From contig JALXCO010000222.1 of the NCBI GenBank assembly GCA_026990885.1, positions 1 to 44,042 of the forward strand: a stretch of 44,042 nt of DNA. The letters run 5' to 3'. The translations under genes and the position numbers were made by a program. How positions within the stretch are numbered: position 1 is the stretch's first letter; each line of letters begins with the position of its first letter. The stretch is from Desulfurococcales archaeon (GTDB lineage Archaea > Thermoproteota > Thermoprotei_A > Sulfolobales > AG1). This document shows positions 8,672 through 17,980 of this stretch, one piece after another. The notes below the pieces were generated by a model. That model saw only the letters and a list, made by a program, of their open reading frames with translations. It had not been told where the DNA came from and did not search any database.

Positions 8672-10156
8672 TTGTGTAGTATTGGGGGTTTTTTAAGGTT
8701 TAACCATTCTAGAAACATAGATCTTGTTGTCAGAAAGCTTGTGGATATAATGGTTAATGCTAAGGATCGTGGAAGGGATAGCTGGGGCATAGTGGGGGTA
8801 ACGGGCTCAGGTGACTATGTCTATATTAAAAGATCTGGCGAGATAGATAGAGAAGACTATAAAGACATATATGAGGTGCTTCGAGACCGCAGCCCGGTAT
8901 CGGCGATATTTAATATGAGGGCGGAGCCAACAACAGAGTATGTGCCAGTGAAGGATGATAACAATATACAGCCTTTTATCGGTTCTAGATATGCGGTGGC
9001 CCATAACGGTACTATAGCCAATGATCTTGAGATCGAGGAGAGGTTCAGGATCAGAAAGATATCTAGGATAGACACCTCGGTACTGCCTCCACTCCTAGAC
9101 AAGATATGGGATGGAGACATATACAGGCTTAGAGAGATCCTGGCCAACGAGATAAAGGGGAGCTATGCCCTAGCTATACTGGATAGGGTTAAACCCAACT
9201 GTATTTATCTAGCCACAAACTTTAAGCCCCTCTACATGATGTGGGATCGAGATCTCGAAACGCTGTTCTTCTCCAGCTACGACGAGCATCTCCAAAGCCC
9301 TGAACTCCCACCATGGAGCTCTAACCCCGTTAAGAGGGTTGAGCCCTACTCTATAGTTGAGATCTGCTCAAACGGTACCTATAGAACTGTAGATCTTAGT
9401 GGAGACAGAAGCATGAAGAAACGCAAGAGAGCGCTGGTCATTATAAGCGGGGGTCTAGACTCAACGGTCACAGCAACATACCTATTGAGGAAGGGATACG
9501 ACATAACTCTACTCCACTTCAACTATAGACACCTAGCTGAATCCCCAGAGTCGAGAGCCGTTAGAGAGATAGCTAAAGAGCTGAATGTGCCCCTGCTAGA
9601 GATCGAGACAGACGTGTTCAGAGTCATAGGTAAGTCATCACTGTTGGGTGAGGGGGAAGTAAATCTAAATGACATGGGTAGAGAGGGAGCGGAGCTCCCC
9701 TTCGAATGGGTTCCTGCCAGAAATTTCGTGTTTCTCGCAGTTGCCACAGCTATAGCTGAGGCATACGGATACGACTATGTGGCTTTAGGCATAAATGTGG
9801 AGGAAGGGAACGCGTATCCAGATAACGAAAACGAGTTCTACAGGCTGCTCAATAAGGCTTTACCCTATGCAACCTCTCCGGGAAAGATCGTGAAGATCAT
9901 TAATCCAGTAGGGCATCTGGTTAAGCACGAAATAGTCAGGCTGGGCCTAGAGATAGGGGCTCCCCTACATCTAACTTGGAGTTGCTATCTAGGTAAAGAC
10001 AAGCACTGCGGTAAATGCGGCCCGTGCTATATGAGGAGATGGGCTTTCAAGATGAATGGTGTTAGGGACCCCGTAGCATATGATCTTCCTGAAAGCCACG
10101 AAAAAGACTTCTGGAGCGGGTGCAGGAAGTATGAGTATAGGGGAGCTAGATCGTGA
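8672..10156 (+). CDS. queC: GAT-QueC fusion: class II (Ntn) glutamine amidotransferase domain fused to a 7-cyano-7-deazaguanine synthase (QueC) domain
   Basis: The TTG start is followed directly by Cys (M-CSIGGF), the Ntn catalytic Cys of class II amidotransferases. A TGA lies 2 codons upstream, and a GGTGAT Shine-Dalgarno-like motif lies 8 nt upstream. The C-terminal half has the QueC PP-loop SGGLDS and the zinc motif CGKCGPC. Confidence 0.85.
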   Translation: MCSIGGFLRFNHSRNIDLVVRKLVDIMVNAKDRGRDSWGIVGVTGSGDYVYIKRSGEIDREDYKDIYEVLRDRSPVSAIFNMRAEPTTEYVPVKDDNNIQPFIGSRYAVAHNGTIANDLEIEERFRIRKISRIDTSVLPPLLDKIWDGDIYRLREILANEIKGSYALAILDRVKPNCIYLATNFKPLYMMWDRDLETLFFSSYDEHLQSPELPPWSSNPVKRVEPYSIVEICSNGTYRTVDLSGDRSMKKRKRALVIISGGLDSTVTATYLLRKGYDITLLHFNYRHLAESPESRAVREIAKELNVPLLEIETDVFRVIGKSSLLGEGEVNLNDMGREGAELPFEWVPARNFVFLAVATAIAEAYGYDYVALGINVEEGNAYPDNENEFYRLLNKALPYATSPGKIVKIINPVGHLVKHEIVRLGLEIGAPLHLTWSCYLGKDKHCGKCGPCYMRRWAFKMNGVRDPVAYDLPESHEKDFWSGCRKYEYRGARS

Positions 10157-10877
10157 ACACGTCGCTGTATCAGAGATCTTTAAAAGCTATCAGGGAGAGG
10201 GGCTCAACGCGGGGAAGCCAGCTGTATTTGTTAGGCTAGCCCTATGCAACCTGTACTGCTCATGGTGCGACACAAAGTATAGCTGGCTAACTCCAGATAG
10301 AGCCAGGGTCCTGGGGCTGAAAGAATATTATTACTCGGCGGATAAAGCGGGATTCCAGATCTATTCACCTATAGAGCTATATAAGATCGTGACATCGATA
10401 AGCGGGATAAGGCATCTTGTTCTAACCGGAGGAGAACCCCTTATATGGAGGTATAGGCTGGTTGAGTTTCTATCTAGGCTAAAGAGCGATGGATGGTTTA
10501 TTGAGGTTGAGACCAACGGTACTATTCCACCTGAACCTATAGAAGGCTATATAGATCTATTCAACGTATCACCCAAGCTAAGCAATTCCAGTGTCCCATA
10601 CAGATATAGGATAGTGGAGAATGCATTGAGAAGGTTCGTTGAGCTCGCCGAGATGGGTAGGGCTATATTTAAGTTTGTTGTTTCGTCGCATAGCGATCTC
10701 GATGAGATAAGGGAGCTGATCAGAATCTATAGGATACCGAAAAATAGAATCCTGCTTATGAGCGAGTGCAGAGATAGAGTAGAATGTCTAGAAAGAGACA
10801 GATACACGGTTGAACTCTCAAGAAAGCTTGGGGTCGGCTTCACAAGGAGACACCACATATTGTATGGATACAAGTAA
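10131..10877 (+). CDS. queE: 7-carboxy-7-deazaguanine synthase (QueE, radical SAM)
   Basis: It has the QGEG motif and the CNLYCSWCDT radical-SAM cluster motif. The ORF track starts at 10080, but the ATG at 10131 (MSIGELDREH...) is the more plausible start. That start gives a 26-nt overlap with GAT-QueC. Confidence 0.85.
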   Translation: MSIGELDREHVAVSEIFKSYQGEGLNAGKPAVFVRLALCNLYCSWCDTKYSWLTPDRARVLGLKEYYYSADKAGFQIYSPIELYKIVTSISGIRHLVLTGGEPLIWRYRLVEFLSRLKSDGWFIEVETNGTIPPEPIEGYIDLFNVSPKLSNSSVPYRYRIVENALRRFVELAEMGRAIFKFVVSSHSDLDEIRELIRIYRIPKNRILLMSECRDRVECLERDRYTVELSRKLGVGFTRRHHILYGYK

Positions 10878-10889
10878 TAGCCATCGTTA

Positions 10890-12188
10890 TCAGTCGAACA
10901 CCATACCCTTAGTTTCTGGAGCCAGAATATGTGTGGCTAGCGAACCAACCACAGCAACAGCCATTGTCACCAGCAGCGGGGTGGTTACATCTCCAGTAAG
11001 CTGGAACAACACGCCGAAGACTATCGGGCCCAATACAGCTATAAATTTGCCGAAGCCCTCGGCAACACCAAAGGCCTTCCCCCTAAGCTTTGTTGGAAAC
11101 AGCTCGCTAGTGAATGGGTAGACAGCGCCCCAGGCCCCAAGATTAAAGAAGCTAACAGCTATAGCCGCTAGAGTGAACACAACAACATCTCTAGTTGCGG
11201 CAGCCATCACGATCCCTGTCACCCCACTCATGAATAGGTAGGTGACCAGAGTCTTTTTCCTCCCCCACCTCTCTACAAGAATCATAGCGCTAACGTAGCC
11301 GGGCACCTGGAAAAGGAACGCTAGAGTTAGATAGATCCATATGTTTCCGTATAGGGCCACAACATTGAATACCTGGGGTAGCCATAGAAATAATCCGTAG
11401 TACGTATAGTTTAGAGCCGACCAGGCAAACAGCATGGCCAGAGCTCTCCGGCCATAGTGTGAGAAGAGCTCGTTGAAGCTTCCCTTCTCCTCCACGGCGA
11501 ACTCTATTGATCCAGGATCAATATCCCTTCCAGTAAGCCTTTTCAGAACCTCCGACGCCTTTCCCAAATCACCCTTCTTGGCTAGATAGAACGGGGACTC
11601 AGGCACATAGAGCCTGAATAAAGCCACTATAAATGCCGGAAAGGCAGCAGCGAGAAAAAGCGCCCTCCAGTTCCCGCCGCCAATCTCTAGAAAAACATAC
11701 GCTAGAGCTAGAGCTATTATACTTCCTACAGGCCAGAACAGATCCATGCTAACCATAAGCATACCACGCTTCCTGGGGGGTAGAAACTCGCTTAATAACG
11801 CTGGATCAACAACAAGCATGCCGCCTAGCCCGACCCCGGCAAGAAATCTATACGCTAAGAGATCGTAGAACCCCGTAGATAAAGCGGTTAAAGCGGTGAA
11901 TAGGCTATACCAAATGAGGGAGATCTGGAAAACAGGCCTTCTCCCTACAACATCGCTTAACCTCCCGAAAATAACCGCTCCGGCGATATCGCCAAGCAGC
12001 ACAGCTGAGGCGAGTATGCCTTGCTGGATCTGGTTGAGACCAAAGATCTCTGCGAAGAGAGGTAGGGTGAACGATATCAGTATTATCTCCATAGCCACAA
12101 AGGCCCATGAGAACCTGGCTATCCATATGATCCTACTCTGGGTGCTGCTGATCTCCTCAGTATCGAGGATCTCTTCAATCCTAACCAA
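10890..12188 (-). CDS. Major facilitator superfamily (MFS) transporter
   Basis: A 432-aa ORF with about 12 hydrophobic spans. It has the MFS loop 2-3 signature GRLSDVVGRRP. Confidence 0.85.
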   Translation of the reverse strand: MVRIEEILDTEEISSTQSRIIWIARFSWAFVAMEIILISFTLPLFAEIFGLNQIQQGILASAVLLGDIAGAVIFGRLSDVVGRRPVFQISLIWYSLFTALTALSTGFYDLLAYRFLAGVGLGGMLVVDPALLSEFLPPRKRGMLMVSMDLFWPVGSIIALALAYVFLEIGGGNWRALFLAAAFPAFIVALFRLYVPESPFYLAKKGDLGKASEVLKRLTGRDIDPGSIEFAVEEKGSFNELFSHYGRRALAMLFAWSALNYTYYGLFLWLPQVFNVVALYGNIWIYLTLAFLFQVPGYVSAMILVERWGRKKTLVTYLFMSGVTGIVMAAATRDVVVFTLAAIAVSFFNLGAWGAVYPFTSELFPTKLRGKAFGVAEGFGKFIAVLGPIVFGVLFQLTGDVTTPLLVTMAVAVVGSLATHILAPETKGMVFD

Positions 12189-12285
12189 TAACCGTCACCA
12201 AACACATGTTCTGTAAAAAACCAATATAAACATTAATCAGCCCACACTGACAAAAATAAAATCCCTCAAAGAATCAAAAATAATG

Positions 12286-12364
12286 GCGGCGGTCGTCTAG
12301 CCTGGTCTAGGACGCCGGCCTCCCAAGCCGGCGATCCCGGGTTCAAATCCCGGCCGCCGCACCA
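12286..12364 (+). tRNA. tRNA-Gly (anticodon CCC), intronless, with encoded CCA
   Basis: The full cloverleaf was read by eye. Acceptor is GCGGCGG/CCGCCGC, anticodon arm is CCGGC-CTCCCAA-GCCGG (anticodon 12322-12324), and T arm is CCGGG-TTCAAAT-CCCGG. Confidence 0.95.
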
Positions 12365-12490
12365 AACAATAAGAATGCTCTATCCCATCGAGATAGCTTC
12401 GCTCCTAAGGATACATAGATAACACCTAGATGGCATATCGAAGTAGACATATATCAAGGACTCAACAATACATGGTGTGGAGTTCCTGAT

Positions 12491-12700
12491 ATGCCTAAAG
12501 CTATAGAACTTGTGAAGCCCGGCGAACTCGATAAAGTAGCTCCAGGCATGTGGGCTGCGATAAAAGATGGAGAAGTAGTTGCCTGGGCTGATTTAGCTTG
12601 AGAAACTACGCAAGGCTTATGGCGAGGAAAGGGATGTAAACGTGAAGAGTACTATGTGATCAAAGTTCCAAGACACGAACTGATCGTTGCTATGCTATAA
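12491..12700 (+). pseudogene. Small ORF (69 codons) interrupted by one in-frame TGA; resembles the small archaeal DUF5678-type proteins
   Basis: My translation is MPKAIELVKPGELDKVAPGMWAAIKDGEVVAWADLA*ETTQGLWRGKGCKREEYYVIKVPRHELIVAML*. The TGA is at 12599-12601 and both halves are in the same frame. The G-x-W-x-A-I-x-DG-x-VVA and YVIKVP patterns recall that family. Confidence 0.35.
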
Positions 12701-12773
12701 AAACACTGCTCGCAACATAGCTTTAAGTATATGTATAGAACCATATTTTAAGCCTCTATACATAGTTTTACGT

Positions 12774-13541
12774 ATGAAGAATCCCTATAAATTGCTTGTT
12801 GATAGAATATCTGAGAAGGGGTACAGCCTAGGGACCTGGATAACCATAAACAGCCCAGAGATAGCTGAGATAGCCTCCTATATAGGGCTCGACTGGGTTG
12901 TAATCGATATGGAGCACGCCCCACTAGACTTCTATGACGCCGAAATGCTACTGATGGGTTTGGCCAATGATGCTGTAGTTGGGGTTGTGAGGGTTCCGCT
13001 AAATGATCCTGTGTATGTGAAGAGAGCCCTAGATATCGGGGCTGATGGCATACTGGCTCCCCTAATAAATAGCGAGGAGGATGCTAGGGATCTAGTTAGA
13101 TACGCGTCATACCCACCTAAGGGGATTAGGGGTGTGGGACCCCGCAGAGCCTCTAGGTATGGGCTAATTCCGCTTAGAGAGTATGTTGAGCAGTCTAGGA
13201 GCATTCTACTTCTAGTACAGATCGAAACGAGAGAAGCATTAATGAATCTGGATAGTATACTCGAGGTGGAGGAGATCCATGGAGTGTTTGTGGGGCCTAA
13301 CGATCTCGCTATGAATATGGGTGTTGAGAGAGACTTCGCCAACCCATATATGCAGAAGATGCTTAGCGAAATAGCCAGTAGAGCCGTGGAGAGGAAGAGG
13401 ATTATAGGTATAATGACCTACACACCTGAAGAGGCCAGAAAAGCTATAGAGCTTGGCTACAACTTCATAGCTCTGGGAAGCGATGTGTCAGCACTTATAA
13501 GGGGGTTGAAAACATTTAAAGAAAGCCTGGAAAATAGATAG
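12774..13541 (+). CDS. HpcH/HpaI family aldolase (2-keto-3-deoxy-acid aldolase type)
   Basis: The WVVIDMEHAP motif and the overall pattern fit the HpcH/HpaI TIM-barrel aldolases. The ATG at 12774 (MKNPYKLL) is preferred over the track's TTG at 12687. Confidence 0.75.
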   Translation: MKNPYKLLVDRISEKGYSLGTWITINSPEIAEIASYIGLDWVVIDMEHAPLDFYDAEMLLMGLANDAVVGVVRVPLNDPVYVKRALDIGADGILAPLINSEEDARDLVRYASYPPKGIRGVGPRRASRYGLIPLREYVEQSRSILLLVQIETREALMNLDSILEVEEIHGVFVGPNDLAMNMGVERDFANPYMQKMLSEIASRAVERKRIIGIMTYTPEEARKAIELGYNFIALGSDVSALIRGLKTFKESLENR

Positions 13542-13551
13542 GGGCTCTATA

Positions 13552-14637
13552 ATGAGCGTGGTCGATATACTCGATAACGAGCTGAGGAAGACGCAGACCT
13601 ATAAGCCTAAGGAGAGAAAATGCATTTATCCACTCGATCTAAACGAGAACCTAGTGATCCCTAAAGAGCTGCTTCAGGAGATAATTATTGAGGCTGCTAA
13701 GGAGATAGATCCCAGAACATACCCGGCAAAAGAGAGGAGAGAGGCTGAGGAGGCGTTAGCTAGAGTACACAATGTCGATCCCGAGCAGATAGTACTGTTC
13801 AACGGTGCGGATGACGCCATAGACACTCTGCTAAACCTAGCTAGCCAGGCTAATCCGGGGAAGGCAACGGTATTGGCGTTGAAGCCGTCATTCACAATAT
13901 ATAGGACGAGAACGCTTGCTAAGGGCTTAAACTATATAGAGAGCAAGATAGATAGGGATACATTGAAGCCTGATCTAAGGGACCTCACCGAGAAAGCCTC
14001 CATGTCAGAATTGATATTTTTCGATATACCCAACAATCCAACAGGCACGATACCTCTAGACAGGGTCGAGATTGAAGAGATAATAGAGAAAGCCCGTGGA
14101 ATTGTCGCTATCGACGAGGTATACGCCCAATATATTGCGGAGGGGTGGGAATCGATTGATCTAGTTAAGAAGTACGATAACGCTGCAACTATAAGAAGCT
14201 TCTCCAAATCCTATGGCTTAGCTGGTATGAGGATAGGCTACATAGTTTCCTCAGGGAGATTAGCTTCCATACTAAAGAGATCAACCCTACCCTTCCACAT
14301 GAATAAGCTAGCGCTTAGGCTCATAGTTAAGGTTCTCGAGAGAAACGATATCTTTAAGAAATACATCGACGAGGTAATCGATCTGAGAGACTATATGTAT
14401 AGGAAGCTTACGGAAATCAACCCGCTGAAGGTCTATAGATCATACACAAACTTTCTGTTGCTAGACGCCGGAAAACACCACAGCGAGATCCTTAAGAAAG
14501 CACATGAAAACGGGTACTGCATAAGGGAATTCAGAGGGGTTTTCGATGAAGACGATAAATATATAAGAATAACCGTACCTCCAAGCAGAGAGACCGTAGA
14601 CGGCTTGATAGACGTGGTTAAACAAGCTGTAGGCTAG
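13552..14637 (+). CDS. Class I/II PLP aminotransferase, histidinol-phosphate aminotransferase (HisC) family
   Basis: It has an LNEN motif near the N-terminus, NPNNPTG, and the PLP-lysine motif SFSKSYGLAGMRIGY. No other his genes are adjacent, so the physiological substrate is uncertain. Confidence 0.8.
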   Translation: MSVVDILDNELRKTQTYKPKERKCIYPLDLNENLVIPKELLQEIIIEAAKEIDPRTYPAKERREAEEALARVHNVDPEQIVLFNGADDAIDTLLNLASQANPGKATVLALKPSFTIYRTRTLAKGLNYIESKIDRDTLKPDLRDLTEKASMSELIFFDIPNNPTGTIPLDRVEIEEIIEKARGIVAIDEVYAQYIAEGWESIDLVKKYDNAATIRSFSKSYGLAGMRIGYIVSSGRLASILKRSTLPFHMNKLALRLIVKVLERNDIFKKYIDEVIDLRDYMYRKLTEINPLKVYRSYTNFLLLDAGKHHSEILKKAHENGYCIREFRGVFDEDDKYIRITVPPSRETVDGLIDVVKQAVG

Positions 14638-14661
14638 AGCCCGAGAAAACAGGTGCAAAAG

Positions 14662-15036
14662 CTATCTCTTGGGTCCACGCCTCTTCTCCCTTTTAACTGT
14701 AACTCCCTGGGCAAATATAGCGTAGCCTATACCAGCACCTATAAATAATCCAATAACTATGCCTCCAGCTATCCACACACCTATCTCCGAGCCGGTGGGG
14801 GGTCTAGTAATGGTTATCGGCTCGGGTGTATATGTGAATGTAACCGTCAATGTGGTTGTGACTGTAGTAACGTTTCCTGGAGTCGTTACGTTAGCTACAG
14901 TTTCATTGGCGGCCTGCAGCAGGAGATTCCCTGAACCTACATATGTGTCCTGGAGTATCCAGGCAGTATCGATCGGTGAAAAAGCTATAGAGAGTGAAGC
15001 TATAGCTATAATCAGACAGATAACAATAGCCCTCAT
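14662..15036 (-). CDS. Small secreted, C-terminally membrane-anchored protein, function unknown
   Basis: It has an N-terminal signal-like hydrophobic segment and a Thr-rich middle with three N-x-T sequons. A C-terminal TM span is followed by a basic tail, KREKRRGPKR. Confidence 0.5.
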   Translation of the reverse strand: MRAIVICLIIAIASLSIAFSPIDTAWILQDTYVGSGNLLLQAANETVANVTTPGNVTTVTTTLTVTFTYTPEPITITRPPTGSEIGVWIAGGIVIGLFIGAGIGYAIFAQGVTVKREKRRGPKR

Positions 15037-15132
15037 GCAGTAGACACCACAAAGACGTTATACATGAAATCCTTTAAAATTATGGCCCATACACCCATAA
15101 CTAAAGCGTGGAACTGAACAATTACCGTTGTT

Positions 15133-16236
15133 TTACTGCTGTGCCCCTGAGATATATTGATCGAGGCCCAAATCCCTCAAAAACGATATAGCGTCACGAA
15201 GATCTCTAGCACCTCTAACTATAGCTAGAGACGGGTTGAGGATCGTTATTTCTACACCCCCTCTACCCACAACATAGATCCCATCGTATTCATTTACGCT
15301 CCAAACACCCCGATCAATAGATCCAATAAGCCTAACCAACTCCCCGCGACTCATGTTAAGCCTCACCTTAAAGGTGCCTGGAGAGCCACACACGGGCATG
15401 ACTCCATAGCGTTTTCTCTCTGCATCGAGAAACTCATACCTACCCAATCCACATACAGGGCATCTAGGGTTTCTTTTAACCTGTATCTTGGTGATTTCGA
15501 ACCTATTTACATCTATATAGTATAGCCCATCAGCGCCCCTGCCCTGAAGGATATCTACTGCCAGCTTGGCGACCACAGCCGAAACCATGGTTACCGTAAC
15601 TATATCTGTTCCTATAACCTCACACTGATTCTGGCTATCTAGATCGTTTACCGAACCCAGTATACACCTTAGGCAGGGCGTCGATTTGGGTATTATGGGC
15701 ATCACATTTCCGAACCTCCCAGAGACGCCAGCGAATATATATGGTACACCTTTATGTATGCAGGCCTCATTAACTATCATTCTCGTCTCCATGTTGTCTA
15801 GGCCGTCGATAACGAGATCGACACCATCGATCAGGTTAAAAACGTTGGAGCCATCAACCTCATCAACCACAGCCTCAACAGTGGTGCCGGGGTTGATGTC
15901 TGTAATCCTCTCTCTAACAGCATAGGCCTTGGGCCTTCTAACTCTATAGTCGCTATAGCCATACAGATGCACTCGGGGGATGTTCGATAGATCTACAAAA
16001 TCACGATCAACAATCCTGATAAAACCAACACCCATCCTGGCAAGAAGCTCAGATATAGTTGAGCCTAGAGCGCCAGCACCAACAACAAGAACCTTGGATC
16101 TCTGAAGCCTCCTTAATCCAGATAACCCTATCTCCTTCAAAAGAACAACTCTAGAGAACATTTCCGCTAGCTCATCATCGCTAGCAGCAGAATTATATGG
16201 GGCACCTTGGGTCAGCATGCCTGAACAATTCACCAA
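15133..16236 (-). CDS. ThiF/MoeB/HesA-family E1-like adenylyltransferase with a C-terminal extension of about 105 aa
   Basis: It has the Rossmann motif VVGAGALGS followed by DRD, and two CxxC pairs (CLRC at residues 188-191, CPVC at residues 259-262) typical of the E1 zinc site. The start is uncertain; in-frame Met codons at residues 7 and 26 are alternatives. Confidence 0.85.
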   Translation of the reverse strand: MVNCSGMLTQGAPYNSAASDDELAEMFSRVVLLKEIGLSGLRRLQRSKVLVVGAGALGSTISELLARMGVGFIRIVDRDFVDLSNIPRVHLYGYSDYRVRRPKAYAVRERITDINPGTTVEAVVDEVDGSNVFNLIDGVDLVIDGLDNMETRMIVNEACIHKGVPYIFAGVSGRFGNVMPIIPKSTPCLRCILGSVNDLDSQNQCEVIGTDIVTVTMVSAVVAKLAVDILQGRGADGLYYIDVNRFEITKIQVKRNPRCPVCGLGRYEFLDAERKRYGVMPVCGSPGTFKVRLNMSRGELVRLIGSIDRGVWSVNEYDGIYVVGRGGVEITILNPSLAIVRGARDLRDAISFLRDLGLDQYISGAQQ

Positions 16237-16327
16237 GATAAATGTAGATTTAGACAGCTTATAGATATAGTTAAAAAATAAAAAGATTCCTCCTTAAACT
16301 ATATGGCTCCTACCTAAAATAGCTGGG

Positions 16328-16717
16328 CTATTTACCCTTAGCCTTAAGCTCCTCATAGGCGCGGCTGAGCTCATCAACAAGATCCTTGGCCTTCCCAGGC
16401 TCAAGTATAGCGGCGCTAGCGGCAGCCACCTGGATATTGGCTGCCTCGCCAAGCCTCTTCTTGCTTGGGACATATATGTAGGGGACCTTCTTCTCCTCGC
16501 ACAGGAACGGTAGGTGGAGAACCACCTCAGGCGGATCAACATCTTCAGCAATAACAACAAGTTTAGCCAGACCCCTCTCTATAGCTTTAGTAACCTCGTT
16601 TGTGCCCTTCTTGATTTTACCGCTCTCCCTAGCTAGCCTAACAGCCTCATACGCCTTCTCAGCCAGCTCGGGTGGAACAGAAAATCTAACATGAGGTTTA
16701 TCCGAGCTCATTCTCAT
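16328..16717 (-). CDS. rpl7ae: 50S ribosomal protein L7Ae (K-turn binding)
   Basis: The core is highly recognisable: [58 protein letters not shown]. The second ATG (16711) has a GGAGG 7 nt upstream and may be the true start. Confidence 0.95.
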   Translation of the reverse strand: MRMSSDKPHVRFSVPPELAEKAYEAVRLARESGKIKKGTNEVTKAIERGLAKLVVIAEDVDPPEVVLHLPFLCEEKKVPYIYVPSKKRLGEAANIQVAAASAAILEPGKAKDLVDELSRAYEELKAKGK

Positions 16718-16837
16718 CCTCCCATCGTCGCTTCTCTATATCTGCACCATATAAGTCATGGTTATAAGGTTATAAACTTAACTATTTCGATTTAAAAGGA
16801 TTATTAATCCCAATTCAAATACTATAAGGTGCAAAAA

Positions 16838-17284
16838 ATGAAGATACATTATGAAGGGGAGTTCGAGGTAGAACAAGATAAGGAAAAGGTGTTTAAATCA
16901 CTAATCGACATCGAAAAGGTGGGAAAGGCGTTCCCAGGCGTTGAGAAAATAGAGAAGCTGGACGAGAAAACAGCGCAGGTAAGGGTTAAAATGGGTATAG
17001 GCGCATTGAGGGGGGTCCTCAACATCAAGCTGAGCTTTACGGAGATAAATGAAGGTGTAAGCGCAAAGGTGAATGGAAGAGGTAGCGGTGCCCAAAGCAC
17101 TGTGGACTTTACCCTGAGCTTCACGCTGGATCACAGAGACAGCACAACAAAGGTTGCGTGGATTTTCGACGGGAATGTCGGGGGGTTGATGGGCTCTATC
17201 GGTGGGAGGGTTCTGGATAGCGTTGCTAGGAGACTGATAAACGAGACAATCGATAACCTAAAAAAGATCCTTGAGAGAGAATAG
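16838..17284 (+). CDS. SRPBCC superfamily protein, CoxG-like
   Basis: The length and pattern (MKIHYEGEFEV...KVFKSL.D...) resemble carbon-monoxide dehydrogenase subunit G-like/polyketide-cyclase-fold proteins. The ATG at 16838 is preferred over the GTG at 16829. Confidence 0.6.
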   Translation: MKIHYEGEFEVEQDKEKVFKSLIDIEKVGKAFPGVEKIEKLDEKTAQVRVKMGIGALRGVLNIKLSFTEINEGVSAKVNGRGSGAQSTVDFTLSFTLDHRDSTTKVAWIFDGNVGGLMGSIGGRVLDSVARRLINETIDNLKKILERE

Positions 17285-17408
17285 CTGACTATAGCTGTAA
17301 TAGCTATGTAAGCCTACCCAGAACGGTTTTCTCAACACCCCATTCCCCCCGGCTTAGCTGGAGACCTAATAAATTAAGTTTAAGTTTAGGTAACCAACAT
17401 TTAATTAG

Positions 17409-17912
17409 GTGTTTCTCGATTTGAAGCTGAATAATATATGGACGCCATGGAGACTAAGCTACATAAAGGAGGCGGATAAGATAAAGACATGCATATTCTG
17501 TGAATCATTCAAAAAGCCGGACAGGGACTCATATATAGTCTACAAGGGCAAAACATGCTTCGTTGTACTCAACATCTACCCCTACAACAACGGGCATATA
17601 ATGATAGCCCCCTACAGGCATGTAGCCAGCCTCGAGGACCTAAACGAGGAGGAGAGGGCCGAAATCATGGATCTCATGGTTAAAAGCATCAAAATACTAT
17701 CTAGCGAATACAGCCCCCACGGATTCAATATAGGCATAAACCTCGGTAAGGCTGCAGGAGCCGGTGTAGAGCATCACCTGCATGTGCATATCGTTCCTAG
17801 ATGGGTTGGAGACACGAACTTCATGCCTGTCCTGGGCGAAACCAAGGTGCTACCTGAACTTCTCGACTCCACCTGGGATAGGCTGAGGAAAGCCTTTAGC
17901 AGGGTTGCATAG
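17409..17912 (+). CDS. HIT (histidine triad) family nucleotide hydrolase/transferase
   Basis: It has the histidine triad HHLHVHIVPRW. The start is GTG, with no in-frame ATG near the N-terminus. Confidence 0.85.
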   Translation: MFLDLKLNNIWTPWRLSYIKEADKIKTCIFCESFKKPDRDSYIVYKGKTCFVVLNIYPYNNGHIMIAPYRHVASLEDLNEEERAEIMDLMVKSIKILSSEYSPHGFNIGINLGKAAGAGVEHHLHVHIVPRWVGDTNFMPVLGETKVLPELLDSTWDRLRKAFSRVA

Positions 17913-17980
17913 TTATTATTGCTAGCGATCCATGGAAGCCTAGATGCATGTGGATCGGGAGAGAGTAAGCGTGTTCGGGG

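Noticed and set aside
10080-10130. N-terminal extensions in the ORF track: QueE from 10080, aldolase from 12687, radical SAM from 23990, binding protein from 39484.
   Set aside because: The extensions overlap upstream genes or non-coding spacers and add non-homologous residues. Downstream ATG codons give N-termini that match family expectations.
12189-12285. Strongly A/C-rich, G/T-poor + strand composition in the divergent spacers upstream of tRNA-Gly, tRNA-Ser (30022-30100) and the phosphatase gene (40678-40833).
   Set aside because: Other divergent spacers (6237-6279, 16718-16837, 166-294) do not share this composition. No repeated motif is common to the three, so it is probably compositional noise.
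12365-12773. A possible integrated element using tRNA-Gly as its attachment site, and likewise tRNA-Ser at 30101-30188.
   Set aside because: I could not find a direct repeat of either tRNA's 3' end downstream. No integrase or other mobile-element gene is present. Only the small interrupted ORF remains as weak evidence.
16700-16760. A possible autoregulatory K-turn in the L7Ae 5' leader, given several GA/ATGA motifs around the start codons.
   Set aside because: I could not build a C-stem / 3-nt bulge / tandem G-A arrangement from the sequence. The GGAGG there is more simply a Shine-Dalgarno element for the second ATG.
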